DNA from: Sandaracinaceae bacterium
GTDB taxonomy: Bacteria; Myxococcota_A; Polyangia; Polyangiales; Sandaracinaceae
DNA length: 36,863 bases
Assembly (NCBI GenBank): GCA_044220955.1
Contig: JBGAQA010000069.1
Coordinates: forward strand, 1 to 36,863
Reading direction: 5' to 3'
Shown: positions 8,979-19,665 of the stretch, in pieces
How positions within the stretch are numbered: position 1 is the stretch's first letter
Layout: each line of letters starts with the position of its first letter
Made by a program: the position numbers and the translations under genes
Notes under the pieces: model-generated
Databases searched by the model: none
What the model saw: only the letters and a program-made list of their open reading frames with translations
What the model was told of the DNA's origin: nothing

Positions 8979-10712
8979 ATGCTTCGTCTCGGCTCGGTCG
9001 GCCTCGTCGTCCTGGCGCTCTGCGCGTGGCTCTCGGGATGCCAGCACGCCGCCGAGGCCGGGGCGAGCTGCAGCGCGTCGAGCGAGTGCAGCGCGCCGCT
9101 CGTCTGCCGCCTGGCCCGTTGCCGCAACGAGTGCACGGCGAGCCGCGACTGCCCGCCCGGCGCGCGCTGCCTGCTCGACCCGTCCGGGCTCGGGGCGTGC
9201 TCGCTCGCCATCGACGATCGCTGCGAGAGCGGCGGCGCCGCGTGTCCGACCGGGCTCACTTGTCTCGGGATGCGCTGCGTGAACACCTGCACGGGCGCGA
9301 GCGAGTGCCCGACGGACGGCGAGTGCCGCGAGGTCGCGGGCGCGGGCGTCTCGTTCTGCTTCGCGCCGACGCGGGAGGACGGCGGCGTGCTCGACGCCGC
9401 CGCGATCGAGGACGCCTTCGTGCGGGGCGACACGGGCACCCAGACCGACGCGGCCACCCAGACCGACGCGGGCGTGCTGCGCGACGCGGGCCCGCCGATC
9501 GACGGCGGACCGGGCTGCACCAGCGCGAGCTGCGCGATCGACGTCTGCATCGGCGAGACGTTCGCGTGCGCCGTGCGCGGCGATCACGGCGTCGTGTGCT
9601 GGGGCGGAAACCAGCTCGGCCAGCTCGGCGACGGCGTGGACGTCGGCACCCCGCGCGCGCATCCGACCTACAGCTGCCTCGACTCCGGCGGCGTCGGCCC
9701 GATCGACTGCTCGGCTCGCCCGGTCGAGGTGCTTCGGGCGGACTCGGCGCCTCTGCTCGCCGACGCGATCGCGTGCTCGACCGGCGCGGCGTGTGCGCGC
9801 GAGGCGGCCTCCGGCGGCATCTTCTGCTGGGGCGAGGGCGGCAACGGCGAGCTCGCGAGCTCGGGGCGCACGAGCGCGGCGCGGGCGACCGAGCTCCCCG
9901 CCATCGCGCCGCACGCGCTCACGATCTCGGCCGGTCGGGCCTTCTTCTGTGCCACGTTCGCGGCGCCGACGAGCGCGGTCTGCTGGGGCGACGACAACTA
10001 CGGCCAGTGGGGCCTCGCGATGGGCGCGGGCGGCAACCCCGCCGACGTCCCGCACTGGAGCGGTCAGGCGCTCGTCACGGGCGGCACCGCCACGTGCGGG
10101 CTCGACGCGACGGGCGTCGTCCGCTGTGCGGGCAGCAACCTCTTCGGCGAGATCGGCCCCTCGGTCGTCGACCCGACCGACGCCGGCGTCCAGTTCGGTC
10201 CGGTCGTCGTCCCCATGCCGTCCGGGACCGTGACCTCGCTCGTCGCGGGGGACTCCTTCGAGTGCGCGCTCGTCGATGGCGTCCCGCACTGCTGGGGCTT
10301 CGGCGAGACCGGCTCGCTCGGCCGCATGACGACGGGCACGTGCGCCGGCTACATGTGCGACGCCCACCCGAGCCCGGTCGGGGGCGCGACGCGCTTGGAC
10401 ACGCTCTGGGTCGAGGGCTTCACGTCGCGGATCTGCGGACGGAGCGGCGCGTCCACCTACTGCTGGGGAGCCTTCAGCCAGATCGGCTGCGAGGTCGGTG
10501 GCGGCGGCTGCTGGGCGCCGCGCGAGATCCCGGCGCTCGCCGGCGCGCGCCAGGTCGTGTCCTCGACGCGCTCGATGTGCGCGATCCTCGCGGACGGCGC
10601 GCTCGTGTGCGCGGGGAACGACTACTTCGGACAGCTCGGCCGCGGCTCCGTCGGCGGCGCGTCTGCGCTCGCGACGGACTACGTGGCCGTCTGCCTCGCG
10701 GGCGGCTGCTGA
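8979..10712 (+). CDS. Cys-rich lipoprotein with RCC1/BLIP-II-like repeat beta-propeller
   Basis: Lipobox WLSGC; Cys-rich N-terminus; DAG linker; repeated CA...VxCWGxNxxGQLG units. Confidence 0.85.
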   Translation: MLRLGSVGLVVLALCAWLSGCQHAAEAGASCSASSECSAPLVCRLARCRNECTASRDCPPGARCLLDPSGLGACSLAIDDRCESGGAACPTGLTCLGMRCVNTCTGASECPTDGECREVAGAGVSFCFAPTREDGGVLDAAAIEDAFVRGDTGTQTDAATQTDAGVLRDAGPPIDGGPGCTSASCAIDVCIGETFACAVRGDHGVVCWGGNQLGQLGDGVDVGTPRAHPTYSCLDSGGVGPIDCSARPVEVLRADSAPLLADAIACSTGAACAREAASGGIFCWGEGGNGELASSGRTSAARATELPAIAPHALTISAGRAFFCATFAAPTSAVCWGDDNYGQWGLAMGAGGNPADVPHWSGQALVTGGTATCGLDATGVVRCAGSNLFGEIGPSVVDPTDAGVQFGPVVVPMPSGTVTSLVAGDSFECALVDGVPHCWGFGETGSLGRMTTGTCAGYMCDAHPSPVGGATRLDTLWVEGFTSRICGRSGASTYCWGAFSQIGCEVGGGGCWAPREIPALAGARQVVSSTRSMCAILADGALVCAGNDYFGQLGRGSVGGASALATDYVAVCLAGGC

Positions 10713-10723
10713 CCGGCCTCGAG

Positions 10724-11818
10724 TCAGACGCGGCGCACGGAGAGCGCGGACACGCGGGCGAGCGCTTCGTAGTCGCGGTCGCGGTGCAGGATGGTCAGAC
10801 CCTGCCTCAGGGCCTCGGTCGCGGGCGCGATGCGGGCGGGGGTCTGCTCGCGAGCGCGCCTCCCGAGCACGCGCACCACGCCCTGGCGCAGCGCGTCCCA
10901 CGCGCGCCGCAAGATCGACGGCCGCTCCAGCGTCACCCCGACCTGCACGCTCGCGCTCGGCGCGAGCCTCGGCGCCGCGACATCGCTCGCGTCGAGGAAG
11001 CCGAGGGCATCTCGGACGAAGCGCGGCGCTGCCTCCCGGTGCGGGAAGTGCCCCACGCCCTCGTAGCGGATCAACGGCACGCCGGGGAGGTGCACTGCCG
11101 CGCGGGCGGCGTCCGCGAAGGGCAGCACGCGATCCCGATCGCCCCACGCCAGGAGCATCGGAGGAAGATCCTCGACCTCGCGCGCCCGGTCGAGGAAGTG
11201 CCGCGACTGGCCGCGCAGATCGATCACGTCCGCGATGGTGCGCGAGGCCGCGCGCGCCGTGCCGCGGCGCGAGGCCATCCACGCGATCTCGTGCGTCTCG
11301 TCCGGCGCGAAGTGCCCGCCCGCCATCGCGAGGCCCACGCGCGTGCCGACGCCGAAGAAGGGCTGGCCGACGTGCTCGAGCAGACCGAGCGAGGCGAGGC
11401 GCAGCTCCGCGGACACGCCGCGCCCGAGCCCGCCGGGCGAGACCAGCACGAGGCGGCGCACACGCTCGCGGTGCGAGAGCAGGAGCCACTGCGCCACGCC
11501 ACCGCCGTACGAGTGCCCGACGAGGTCGACCTCGGAGAGCTCGAGCGCGTCCAGCGCGGCGCCGACCACCGACGCCTGCCACGCGAGCGCGTAGCTCGCG
11601 TCCGGGCGCGCCGAGAGCCCGTGCCCCGGAAGATCGAGCGCCAGGACGCGGCGATGCCGCGAGAGCGCCGGCGCGACGCGCGACCAGGTGAGGTGCGAGT
11701 CGCACAGCCCGTGGAGAAGGAGGAGCGGAGGCCCGCTCGCGGGGCCCTCGGGGAGGCGGTCGACCAGGTGGAGGTCGACCCCGGCCGCGCGCACGATTCG
11801 CCGTGTAGTGTGGCCCAT
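10724..11818 (-). CDS. Alpha/beta fold hydrolase
   Basis: LLLHG, DLPGHGLS, nucleophile elbow GHSYGG, WGDRDRVLP, GHFPH; extra C-terminal tail. Confidence 0.9.
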   Translation of the reverse strand: MGHTTRRIVRAAGVDLHLVDRLPEGPASGPPLLLLHGLCDSHLTWSRVAPALSRHRRVLALDLPGHGLSARPDASYALAWQASVVGAALDALELSEVDLVGHSYGGGVAQWLLLSHRERVRRLVLVSPGGLGRGVSAELRLASLGLLEHVGQPFFGVGTRVGLAMAGGHFAPDETHEIAWMASRRGTARAASRTIADVIDLRGQSRHFLDRAREVEDLPPMLLAWGDRDRVLPFADAARAAVHLPGVPLIRYEGVGHFPHREAAPRFVRDALGFLDASDVAAPRLAPSASVQVGVTLERPSILRRAWDALRQGVVRVLGRRAREQTPARIAPATEALRQGLTILHRDRDYEALARVSALSVRRV

Positions 11819-11824
11819 TCCAGC

Positions 11825-11867
11825 TATGTAACACGTCGTGACACGTTGTCTAGCTCGTGTGACACGA
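11825..11867. promoter_or_regulatory. Putative operator array: three GT(A/G)ACACG boxes, two palindromic
   Basis: GTAACACGT 11828-36, GTGACACGT 11838-46, GTGACACGA 11859-67. Palindromes CGTG-A-CACG and TCGTGT-G-ACACGA. AT-rich patch in a divergent intergenic region. Confidence 0.55.
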
Positions 11868-11935
11868 TCCCTCTTGCGGGGTCGCGCAGACGTGGGGTTC
11901 TGGACGCGCACGGCCGGGCGCGCTCCACTTCGGCG

Positions 11936-13153
11936 GTGCGGCTCGCCGTCACGTTCTCGCTCTTCGTCGTCTGCGTCGCCGCCGCGGTCGCCGCCCAGGA
12001 CGGCGGGGGCGCGCGCGCGCGCTCGCTCGAGGTGACGGCGACGGGTGCGACGGTGCGTGCCGCGCCGAGCGTCCACGCGCCCCGTCGCGGGACCGTGCGG
12101 CTCGGGACGCGCCTGCCGTTCGAAGGCCGCGTGCGCGGGACCGGCTGCCCGGGCGGCGAGTGGTACCAGCTCGCCGAGGAGTCGTTCGTCTGCGAGTCGC
12201 TCGTCGTACCGAGCCCCGAGGAGCCGGGCGGCGACGCGCTGCCGGTCGTGGCCGCGGGCGAGCTGCTCCCGCGCCCGTACGCGTTCGTCGCGACCGACGG
12301 CACCTGGGCCTACTCGCGTCCGGGCGACTATTTCCAGGATGACTTCGCGGAGTCGCTCGGGCGCGGGTTCGGCCTCGCGATCGTCGAGCGGCGCACGCTG
12401 AGCGGCGTCGACTTCGTCCGCACGCTCTCGGGCCTCTGGGTCCCCGAGGACGACGTCCGCTTCGCGCACGGCAGCGAGCTCGAGGGCGTCGATCTCGAGG
12501 ACGCAACGCTCGACGTCGCGTGGGTGCTGCACGCGGGCGCGCCCATCCGCGAGTGGAACGGCAGGCGGGCGACGTCGCGCGTCGTGCGTCGCGCGGGACT
12601 GCGCGAGGTGCTGCACGTGCGCGAGGCGCTCCCGCACGGCCTCTTGCGGCTCGACGAGGGCGTGATCGCCGCACGCGACGTCGCCCGGCCGCTCCTCGAG
12701 CCGCCCCCGCCCGAGGTGCCCGAGGGCGCGCGCTGGGTGGACGTCTCCCTCGCCTCGCAGACGCTCGTCGCCTACGAGGGCGCGCGCCCCATCTTCGCGA
12801 CGCTCGTCTCGACGGGGCGACCGGGCGCCGCGCACACGACGCCGGTCGGGACGTTCCACGTCTGGGTGAAGCTCGCCGAGGACACCATGGACGACCTCGA
12901 GCGGATCGATCAGGAGAGCAACTACGCGATCGAGGGCGTGCCCTGGGTGCAGTACTTCTCGGAGGGCATCGCGCTCCACGCGGCGTTCTGGCACGACCAG
13001 TTCGGGCACAGGCACAGCCACGGATGTGTGAACCTCTCGCCGCGCGATGCGCGCCACCTCTTCGAGCTCACCGAGCCCGCGCTCCCCGCCGGCTGGGACG
13101 CGATCCTGACCACCGACGCCCACCCGGGCAGCGTCGTGCACGTGCACCAGTAG
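11936..13153 (+). CDS. L,D-transpeptidase (YkuD family), secreted
   Basis: Signal peptide; WVDVSLASQTLVAYEG, VSTG, TPVGTF, ALHAAFWH..FG..HSHGCVNLSP catalytic motif. Confidence 0.9.
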   Translation: MRLAVTFSLFVVCVAAAVAAQDGGGARARSLEVTATGATVRAAPSVHAPRRGTVRLGTRLPFEGRVRGTGCPGGEWYQLAEESFVCESLVVPSPEEPGGDALPVVAAGELLPRPYAFVATDGTWAYSRPGDYFQDDFAESLGRGFGLAIVERRTLSGVDFVRTLSGLWVPEDDVRFAHGSELEGVDLEDATLDVAWVLHAGAPIREWNGRRATSRVVRRAGLREVLHVREALPHGLLRLDEGVIAARDVARPLLEPPPPEVPEGARWVDVSLASQTLVAYEGARPIFATLVSTGRPGAAHTTPVGTFHVWVKLAEDTMDDLERIDQESNYAIEGVPWVQYFSEGIALHAAFWHDQFGHRHSHGCVNLSPRDARHLFELTEPALPAGWDAILTTDAHPGSVVHVHQ

Positions 13154-13227
13154 CCTGACCGGAGCGTTTCGCTCCCGGGCGCCGCCGAAAACCACGCGTC
13201 GATCCGCGCCCGCGCTATACCTCCGGC

Positions 13228-14769
<1,542 letters not shown>

Positions 14770-14779
14770 GGCGCCCGCG

Positions 14780-15964
14780 TCACTGCGGCGGAGCGTCCTC
14801 CTCGTCCTCCTCGTCGTCCTCCCGCGCGCGCGTGAGCGCGCTGCCGAGCGTCGGGGCGAGCGAGCCGACGAGCTCGTCGGTCGTCTCCGCGACCCACGCC
14901 TGCCCGAGGCGATCTCGCGCGGCGCCGAAGTAGTAGTCGCGCACGGCGCCCGCGGGGCAGGTCCACGCGTCCGCGGTCGCGTCGTAGGGGCAGTCGATCG
15001 CCGCGTCGAAAGGCGTGCCGTCGGATTCGCCGGTCTCGTCGTCCTGGGTCGCGTCGGTCCCGTGCGCGCGGACGTGCAGGGCACGGTGACCGCTCGCGTC
15101 CGGTGGCAGCGCTCGCCAGGTCGACTCGCCGGCGGTGGTGCTGCCGCCGACGTCGCCCGTGACCGCGTTCCACTCGCGGCTCGCCCGGAACTGCCTGTGC
15201 AGATCGCGCCCGTCGAGCACGTAGCCGAGGCGGCCCTCCTCGCTCGAGAGATCGTCGCCGTCGGGCGGCGCGACGTCGAAGAGGACCGTCACCTCGTCCG
15301 TGCCGTCGCCGTCGAGGTCGGCGGCGCGAAGCTCTCCCGGCTGCGCGCCGCGCACGCAGGTGGCTGCGAAGAGCGTGCGCCGCGCCTCGAGGGTGAACGC
15401 GGCGTCCACCTCCGCGACGCGCGCGACGCCGATCGATCGCGCCGAGTCGCAGAGCGCGGGCGCGGCGAGGTCCGCGTCCGGCACGGCCGCGACGAGGCAC
15501 TCGAGCGTGGGCCAGCCGCTGCCGGCGTCGTTCTCGCAGTCGTCGACCGCCTCGGCGCTCCGCGCGAGCCGCTCGGGTCCCCCGGGCTCCGCCAGGATGC
15601 GTGCCCGCGCGAGCGCTGCGGCATCGAGCGCGTAGAGCACGTAGTGCGTGCGTCCTCGGGCGAGCTCCGCGAGCACGCTGGCCGCGCCCGAGGGCGCGAG
15701 CGCGTCCGCCAGAGCGGGCGCGGGCATGGCGGCGGGGAGCGCGGCCGAGGGCGCGGCCGGCGGGGGCAGGTCGGACGACGGCGGCGGCGGCGAGGCAGGC
15801 GCGGGTGTGGGCGTCGCCGTGTGGGACGGAGCGGGAGCCGTCGAGGTGCTCGCAGCCTCCCCGCCGCACGCGACGAGCAAGAGCGCGGCCGCGGCCGCTC
15901 GCCGCCCGGACGAGCGCGCCCGCCCAGAGCTCCTGGGGCACGACGATGCGTCTGACTCGATCAC
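14780..15964 (-). CDS. Hypothetical lipoprotein with Pro/Ala linker and DxDGDGxxE Ca-binding-like motif
   Basis: GTG 15964 overlaps the upstream stop (GTGA); AAALLLVAC lipobox; ADLDGDGTDEV; acidic tail. Confidence 0.65.
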   Translation of the reverse strand: MIESDASSCPRSSGRARSSGRRAAAAALLLVACGGEAASTSTAPAPSHTATPTPAPASPPPPSSDLPPPAAPSAALPAAMPAPALADALAPSGAASVLAELARGRTHYVLYALDAAALARARILAEPGGPERLARSAEAVDDCENDAGSGWPTLECLVAAVPDADLAAPALCDSARSIGVARVAEVDAAFTLEARRTLFAATCVRGAQPGELRAADLDGDGTDEVTVLFDVAPPDGDDLSSEEGRLGYVLDGRDLHRQFRASREWNAVTGDVGGSTTAGESTWRALPPDASGHRALHVRAHGTDATQDDETGESDGTPFDAAIDCPYDATADAWTCPAGAVRDYYFGAARDRLGQAWVAETTDELVGSLAPTLGSALTRAREDDEEDEEDAPPQ

Positions 15965-17118
15965 GGTCGCTGCGCCCTGCGTTCCTTCACCCACCTCGGA
16001 AGGAGCACGATCGGGTGCGAGAGGACCCCGAGCGCGAACGCGACGGCCGCGAGCCGGCCGAAGAGCTGCCGCAGCTCCTGAGGCGAGAAGCCGTGCTCGA
16101 GCACGAGGCGCTCGAGATCCCCGGTGGCCGCGTCGCCCGAGAGAAACGCGCCGCTCGGCAGCTCGCGGACGCCCTGCGCGATCTCGCGGTCCTCGCTCAC
16201 CACGAACGCGAGCGCGAAGGCCGCCACGAGCGCCAGCGGCCAGCGCCAGAAGTCCCAGCGCACACGCGCCGGCAGCCTCGCGTGGAACGCCAGCAGCCCG
16301 AGCCCCGGCAAGAGCGCCTCGCCCACGTGCCCGCCGGCGATCACCCAGGGCTCGCTCGCTTCGAGCGGCGTCGAGAGCCCGATGCCGAGCACGGCGCCGA
16401 GCGCCAGCGCGACGAGGAAGGGCGCGGGCCTGCGCTCGCGGACGCCATGGGTGGCCAAGAGGACGACGAAGACCACCTCCATCAGCACGAGCAGCGACGA
16501 GCGCTCGAGCGACCACGGCGTGAACCCGAAGGGCAGCGGCAGCGCCCGTCGTCCCGTCGACCAAGCGAGCAGCGCGTGGCCCAGCTCGTGGAACTGCATG
16601 CGCGCGAGGAACGCGAGCGCCTCGCCCACCCGTGCGAGCGCGGCGGCCCACGCGACCCCCAGCAGCACCGCGAGCAGGGCGAGCTCGCGCGCCGGGCCGG
16701 GCGCGAAGGGCGAGCCGTCGTCCAGTACCTCGGGGTCGCGCGCGCCCGGTCCAGCGGGTGATGCGTCGGCCCGTGGCCGAACGCTCGCGCGTCGCGCGCG
16801 GGTCGCACGCAGGGCCAGGACCGCCTCGTCGTCCGCCCAGAGGCCACCGCAAGCGCCGCACGCGAGCAGCTCCTGCCCCGGCGCATCGGGCGTCGCCTCG
16901 CGCTGCATGCCCGCCCCGCAGCGCGGGCAACGCGCCGCCTCCTCGGCGCCGAGCCCCGCGATGGAGACCTCCGACGCGCGGCTCACGACCTTCGCGCCGA
17001 CGAGCGCCTCGAGCGCGGGCCGAGTGCCCCACACCCCGCGGCACGTCGGGCAGCGCTCGACCTCGACGACGCCGACGACCATCGGCACCAGCGAGGCTCC
17101 GTCGCGCGGACACGGCAC
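15961..17118 (-). CDS. Double zf-TFIIB-type Zn-ribbon fused to membrane HExxH (M50-like) metalloprotease domain
   Basis: CPRD..CPTCRGVW and CPRC..CGACGGLW ribbons; FHELGHALLAW within hydrophobic segments; multiple TM helices; later GD motif. Confidence 0.7.
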   Translation of the reverse strand: MPCPRDGASLVPMVVGVVEVERCPTCRGVWGTRPALEALVGAKVVSRASEVSIAGLGAEEAARCPRCGAGMQREATPDAPGQELLACGACGGLWADDEAVLALRATRARRASVRPRADASPAGPGARDPEVLDDGSPFAPGPARELALLAVLLGVAWAAALARVGEALAFLARMQFHELGHALLAWSTGRRALPLPFGFTPWSLERSSLLVLMEVVFVVLLATHGVRERRPAPFLVALALGAVLGIGLSTPLEASEPWVIAGGHVGEALLPGLGLLAFHARLPARVRWDFWRWPLALVAAFALAFVVSEDREIAQGVRELPSGAFLSGDAATGDLERLVLEHGFSPQELRQLFGRLAAVAFALGVLSHPIVLLPRWVKERRAQRP

Positions 17119-17180
17119 GCGCGCAGCGTACCTCACGCCCGTCCCGAGACGCGGCGCACGGCGTGTGAGACGATGGACCG

Positions 17181-19631
17181 ATGGTGCAGTTGCGACACGG
17201 CCTGTCCGCTCTCGTCGCGCTCTCGCTCGCATCGTGTGCCGCCGACGGGAACGTGCTCGTGGTCGACCTCCGGACCGACCTCGCGCCCGGCGTCGAGTTC
17301 GCCAGTGTCCAGACCGACATCGCGTCCGTCGAGAGCGGCGGCCCAGGTCCCGTGGCCAGCAGCACCTACCGGGTCGTGGCCGCGACCGCCGACGACTTCT
17401 TCCACGGCCACCGCGCGGCCGAGCACCCGATGGGTGCCCCGGGGTCGCTGCGCGTCCACGTGGCCCTGCTCGACGTCGACGGGACGATCGTCGTCACGCG
17501 CGACGTCGTCGCGAGCGTGCGCGGCAGGACGGCGATCGTGGTCGTCGTCACGCGGTCCTGCGTCGGCGTGCTCTGTCCGTCGACGGGCGACACCGCCGCG
17601 TCGACGACGTGCCTCGCGGGCAGGTGTGTCGATCCGACCTGCGCCGGCGACGCCTGCGCGGGCGAGTGCGACGTCGACGCCGAGTGCACACCACTGGCGT
17701 CGTGCGCCGTGGGGCGCTGCGTGACGCACGCGTGTCTCGTGGAGGCCATCGACGGGCGCTGCACCGCGACCGAGTGGTGCTCGCCCGAGCGCGGCTGCGC
17801 GCCGCGACCCGGCCCGCGCGACGGCGGCTCGGCGGACGGCGGGCGCGCCGACGGTGGCGGCCCGCGCGACGCCGGGCCCGGCGACGCGGGCGCGTGCGAT
17901 CCGCTGGCGTGCAACCTCCCTCACGCCACCGCGCGATGTGCCATGGGCGCCTGCGCGATCGCCGCCTGCGACCCGGGCTGGGACGACTGCGATCGGATGG
18001 CGTCGACGGGCTGCGAGGCCGACCTCGCATCGAGCGCCACGTGCGGCGACTGCACGACGGTCTGCAGCGGCGCGACGCCGCTCTGCGTCGCGACGACCGG
18101 CGGAGCTCATGCCTGCACGGCGAGCTGCCCTCCCGCGCGGCCGCTCGTGTGCGGTGGGAGCTGCGTCGACACGGCCACGGACGCCGCGCACTGTGGCGGG
18201 TGCGGGATGCCCTGCGCGCCGCCGCACGCGACGGGATCGTGCGTGGCGAGCGCGTGTACGATCGGCAGCTGCGAGCCGGGCTGGCGCGACTGCGACGGCA
18301 TGGTGTCGACCGGCTGCGAGACCGACGTGACGACGCCGGCGCACTGCGGCTCGTGCACCACGGCGTGCTCGGGCGCGACGCCGTACTGCATGGGCGGCAC
18401 GTGCATGGGGCACTGCGGCAACGGCATGCGCGACGACCTCGAGACGGACGTCGACTGCGGCGGCCCCGTCTGCGGCCGTTGCGCGAGCGGTGCGATGTGC
18501 GGCGGCGACCCCGACTGCGCGACCGGGCTCACGTGCCGCGGTGGCCGCTGCGGGTGCACCGGGGCCTGCGTTCCAGGGGCGGTCGAGAGCGGCAGCTGCG
18601 GGATGTGCGGCACGCACGCGCGCGTGTGCGGCGCGAGCTGCGCCTGGGATCCCTACGGCGCGTGCACCGGTGAGGGCGGCTGCGCGGCGGGCACGACGAG
18701 CTCGCAGGCGTGCGGGATGTGCGGCACGCAGACGCGGACGTGCAGCGCGACGTGCTCGTGGGGCGCCTACGGCGCGTGCGGGGGCGAGGGGGCGTGCGCG
18801 CCGGGCGCGACCGAGATGCGCGCGTGCGGCACGATGTGCGGGACGCAGACCCGCACCTGCTCGGCGAGCTGCGCGTGGGGCGCCTGGGGAACGTGCTCGG
18901 GCGGCGGCGTGTGCAGCCCCGGCGCGACGAGCTCGCAGGCGTGCGGGATGTGCGGCACGCAGACCCGAACGTGCAGCGCGGCGTGCTCGTGGGGCGCCTA
19001 CGGCGCGTGCGGCGGCGAGGGCGTCTGCATGCCCGGGACCACGAGCACCACGGGCTGCGGGACGTGCCAGCAGATGACCTGCTCGGCGTCCTGCAGCTGG
19101 CCCGCGCAGTGCCTCGGCTGCTCGTGCTCGACGACCACGATCTGCGGGACGAGCTGCCCCGCGGGACGGCACCCGACGAGCCTCTCGAGCAGCTGCTCGT
19201 GCTCCGGCGGCTGCGCGATGACGAACCAGGTCAGCTGCGCGCCGGACTGCGGCGGCAGCTTCACGCAGTGCGGCACGACGTGCCCGAGCGGCTACTACCC
19301 GACGTCGTACTCGAGCAGCTGCAGCTGCTCCGGCGGCTGCGCGATGACCAACCAGGCGAGCTGCTCGCTGGTCATGGGCACGCCGAGCTTCACGCAGTGC
19401 GGCACCACGTGTCCGAGCGGCTACCACCCGACGTCGTACTCGAGCAGCTGCTCGTGCTTCGGCGGCTGCGCGATGACCAACCAGGCGAGCTGCTCGCTCA
19501 ACGCGGGCACCACGTTCACGCAGTGCGGCACCACGTGCCCGAGCGGGTACGCGGTGCAGAGCCTCTCCAGCAGCTGCTCGTGCTTCGGCGGCTGCGCGAT
19601 GACGAACCAGGCCACGTGCCGCATGCTGTGA
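17181..19631 (+). CDS. Large Cys-rich repeat lipoprotein
   Basis: Lipobox LASC; DLRTDL domain; DGG/DAG linker; CVDTxTDxxHCGxC and ETDVDCGG modules; two C-terminal tandem repeat arrays. Confidence 0.85.
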   Translation: MVQLRHGLSALVALSLASCAADGNVLVVDLRTDLAPGVEFASVQTDIASVESGGPGPVASSTYRVVAATADDFFHGHRAAEHPMGAPGSLRVHVALLDVDGTIVVTRDVVASVRGRTAIVVVVTRSCVGVLCPSTGDTAASTTCLAGRCVDPTCAGDACAGECDVDAECTPLASCAVGRCVTHACLVEAIDGRCTATEWCSPERGCAPRPGPRDGGSADGGRADGGGPRDAGPGDAGACDPLACNLPHATARCAMGACAIAACDPGWDDCDRMASTGCEADLASSATCGDCTTVCSGATPLCVATTGGAHACTASCPPARPLVCGGSCVDTATDAAHCGGCGMPCAPPHATGSCVASACTIGSCEPGWRDCDGMVSTGCETDVTTPAHCGSCTTACSGATPYCMGGTCMGHCGNGMRDDLETDVDCGGPVCGRCASGAMCGGDPDCATGLTCRGGRCGCTGACVPGAVESGSCGMCGTHARVCGASCAWDPYGACTGEGGCAAGTTSSQACGMCGTQTRTCSATCSWGAYGACGGEGACAPGATEMRACGTMCGTQTRTCSASCAWGAWGTCSGGGVCSPGATSSQACGMCGTQTRTCSAACSWGAYGACGGEGVCMPGTTSTTGCGTCQQMTCSASCSWPAQCLGCSCSTTTICGTSCPAGRHPTSLSSSCSCSGGCAMTNQVSCAPDCGGSFTQCGTTCPSGYYPTSYSSSCSCSGGCAMTNQASCSLVMGTPSFTQCGTTCPSGYHPTSYSSSCSCFGGCAMTNQASCSLNAGTTFTQCGTTCPSGYAVQSLSSSCSCFGGCAMTNQATCRML
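18565..19110 (+). repeat. Intragenic tandem repeat, ~114-117 bp units (38-39 aa: CGMCGTQTRTCSAxCSWGAYGACGGEG.C.PG), about 4.5 copies
   Basis: Near-identical DNA at 18701 and 18932 (231 bp apart, two units). Confidence 0.85.
19134..19622 (+). repeat. Intragenic tandem repeat, 126-129 bp units (FTQCGTTCPSGYxPTSYSSSCSCxGGCAMTNQASC), 4 copies
   Basis: TTCACGCAGTGCGGCAC starts at 19260, 19389 and 19515; a degenerate first copy lies near 19134. Confidence 0.9.
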
Positions 19632-19665
19632 GAGGCCGGCGAGCACGCCTGCATCGCCCGCCGTC

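Noticed and set aside
6747..13195. Apparent giant fusion ORFs (6747-11834-, 7707-10712+, 9026-13153+, 10724-13195-)
   Set aside because: Only the 3' portions look protein-like; the 5' extensions run antisense or out of frame over other genes, so starts were trimmed.
18565..19622. Regular repeats as a possible CRISPR array
   Set aside because: Units are multiples of 3, in-frame coding with synonymous variation, have no unique spacers, and no cas genes are present.
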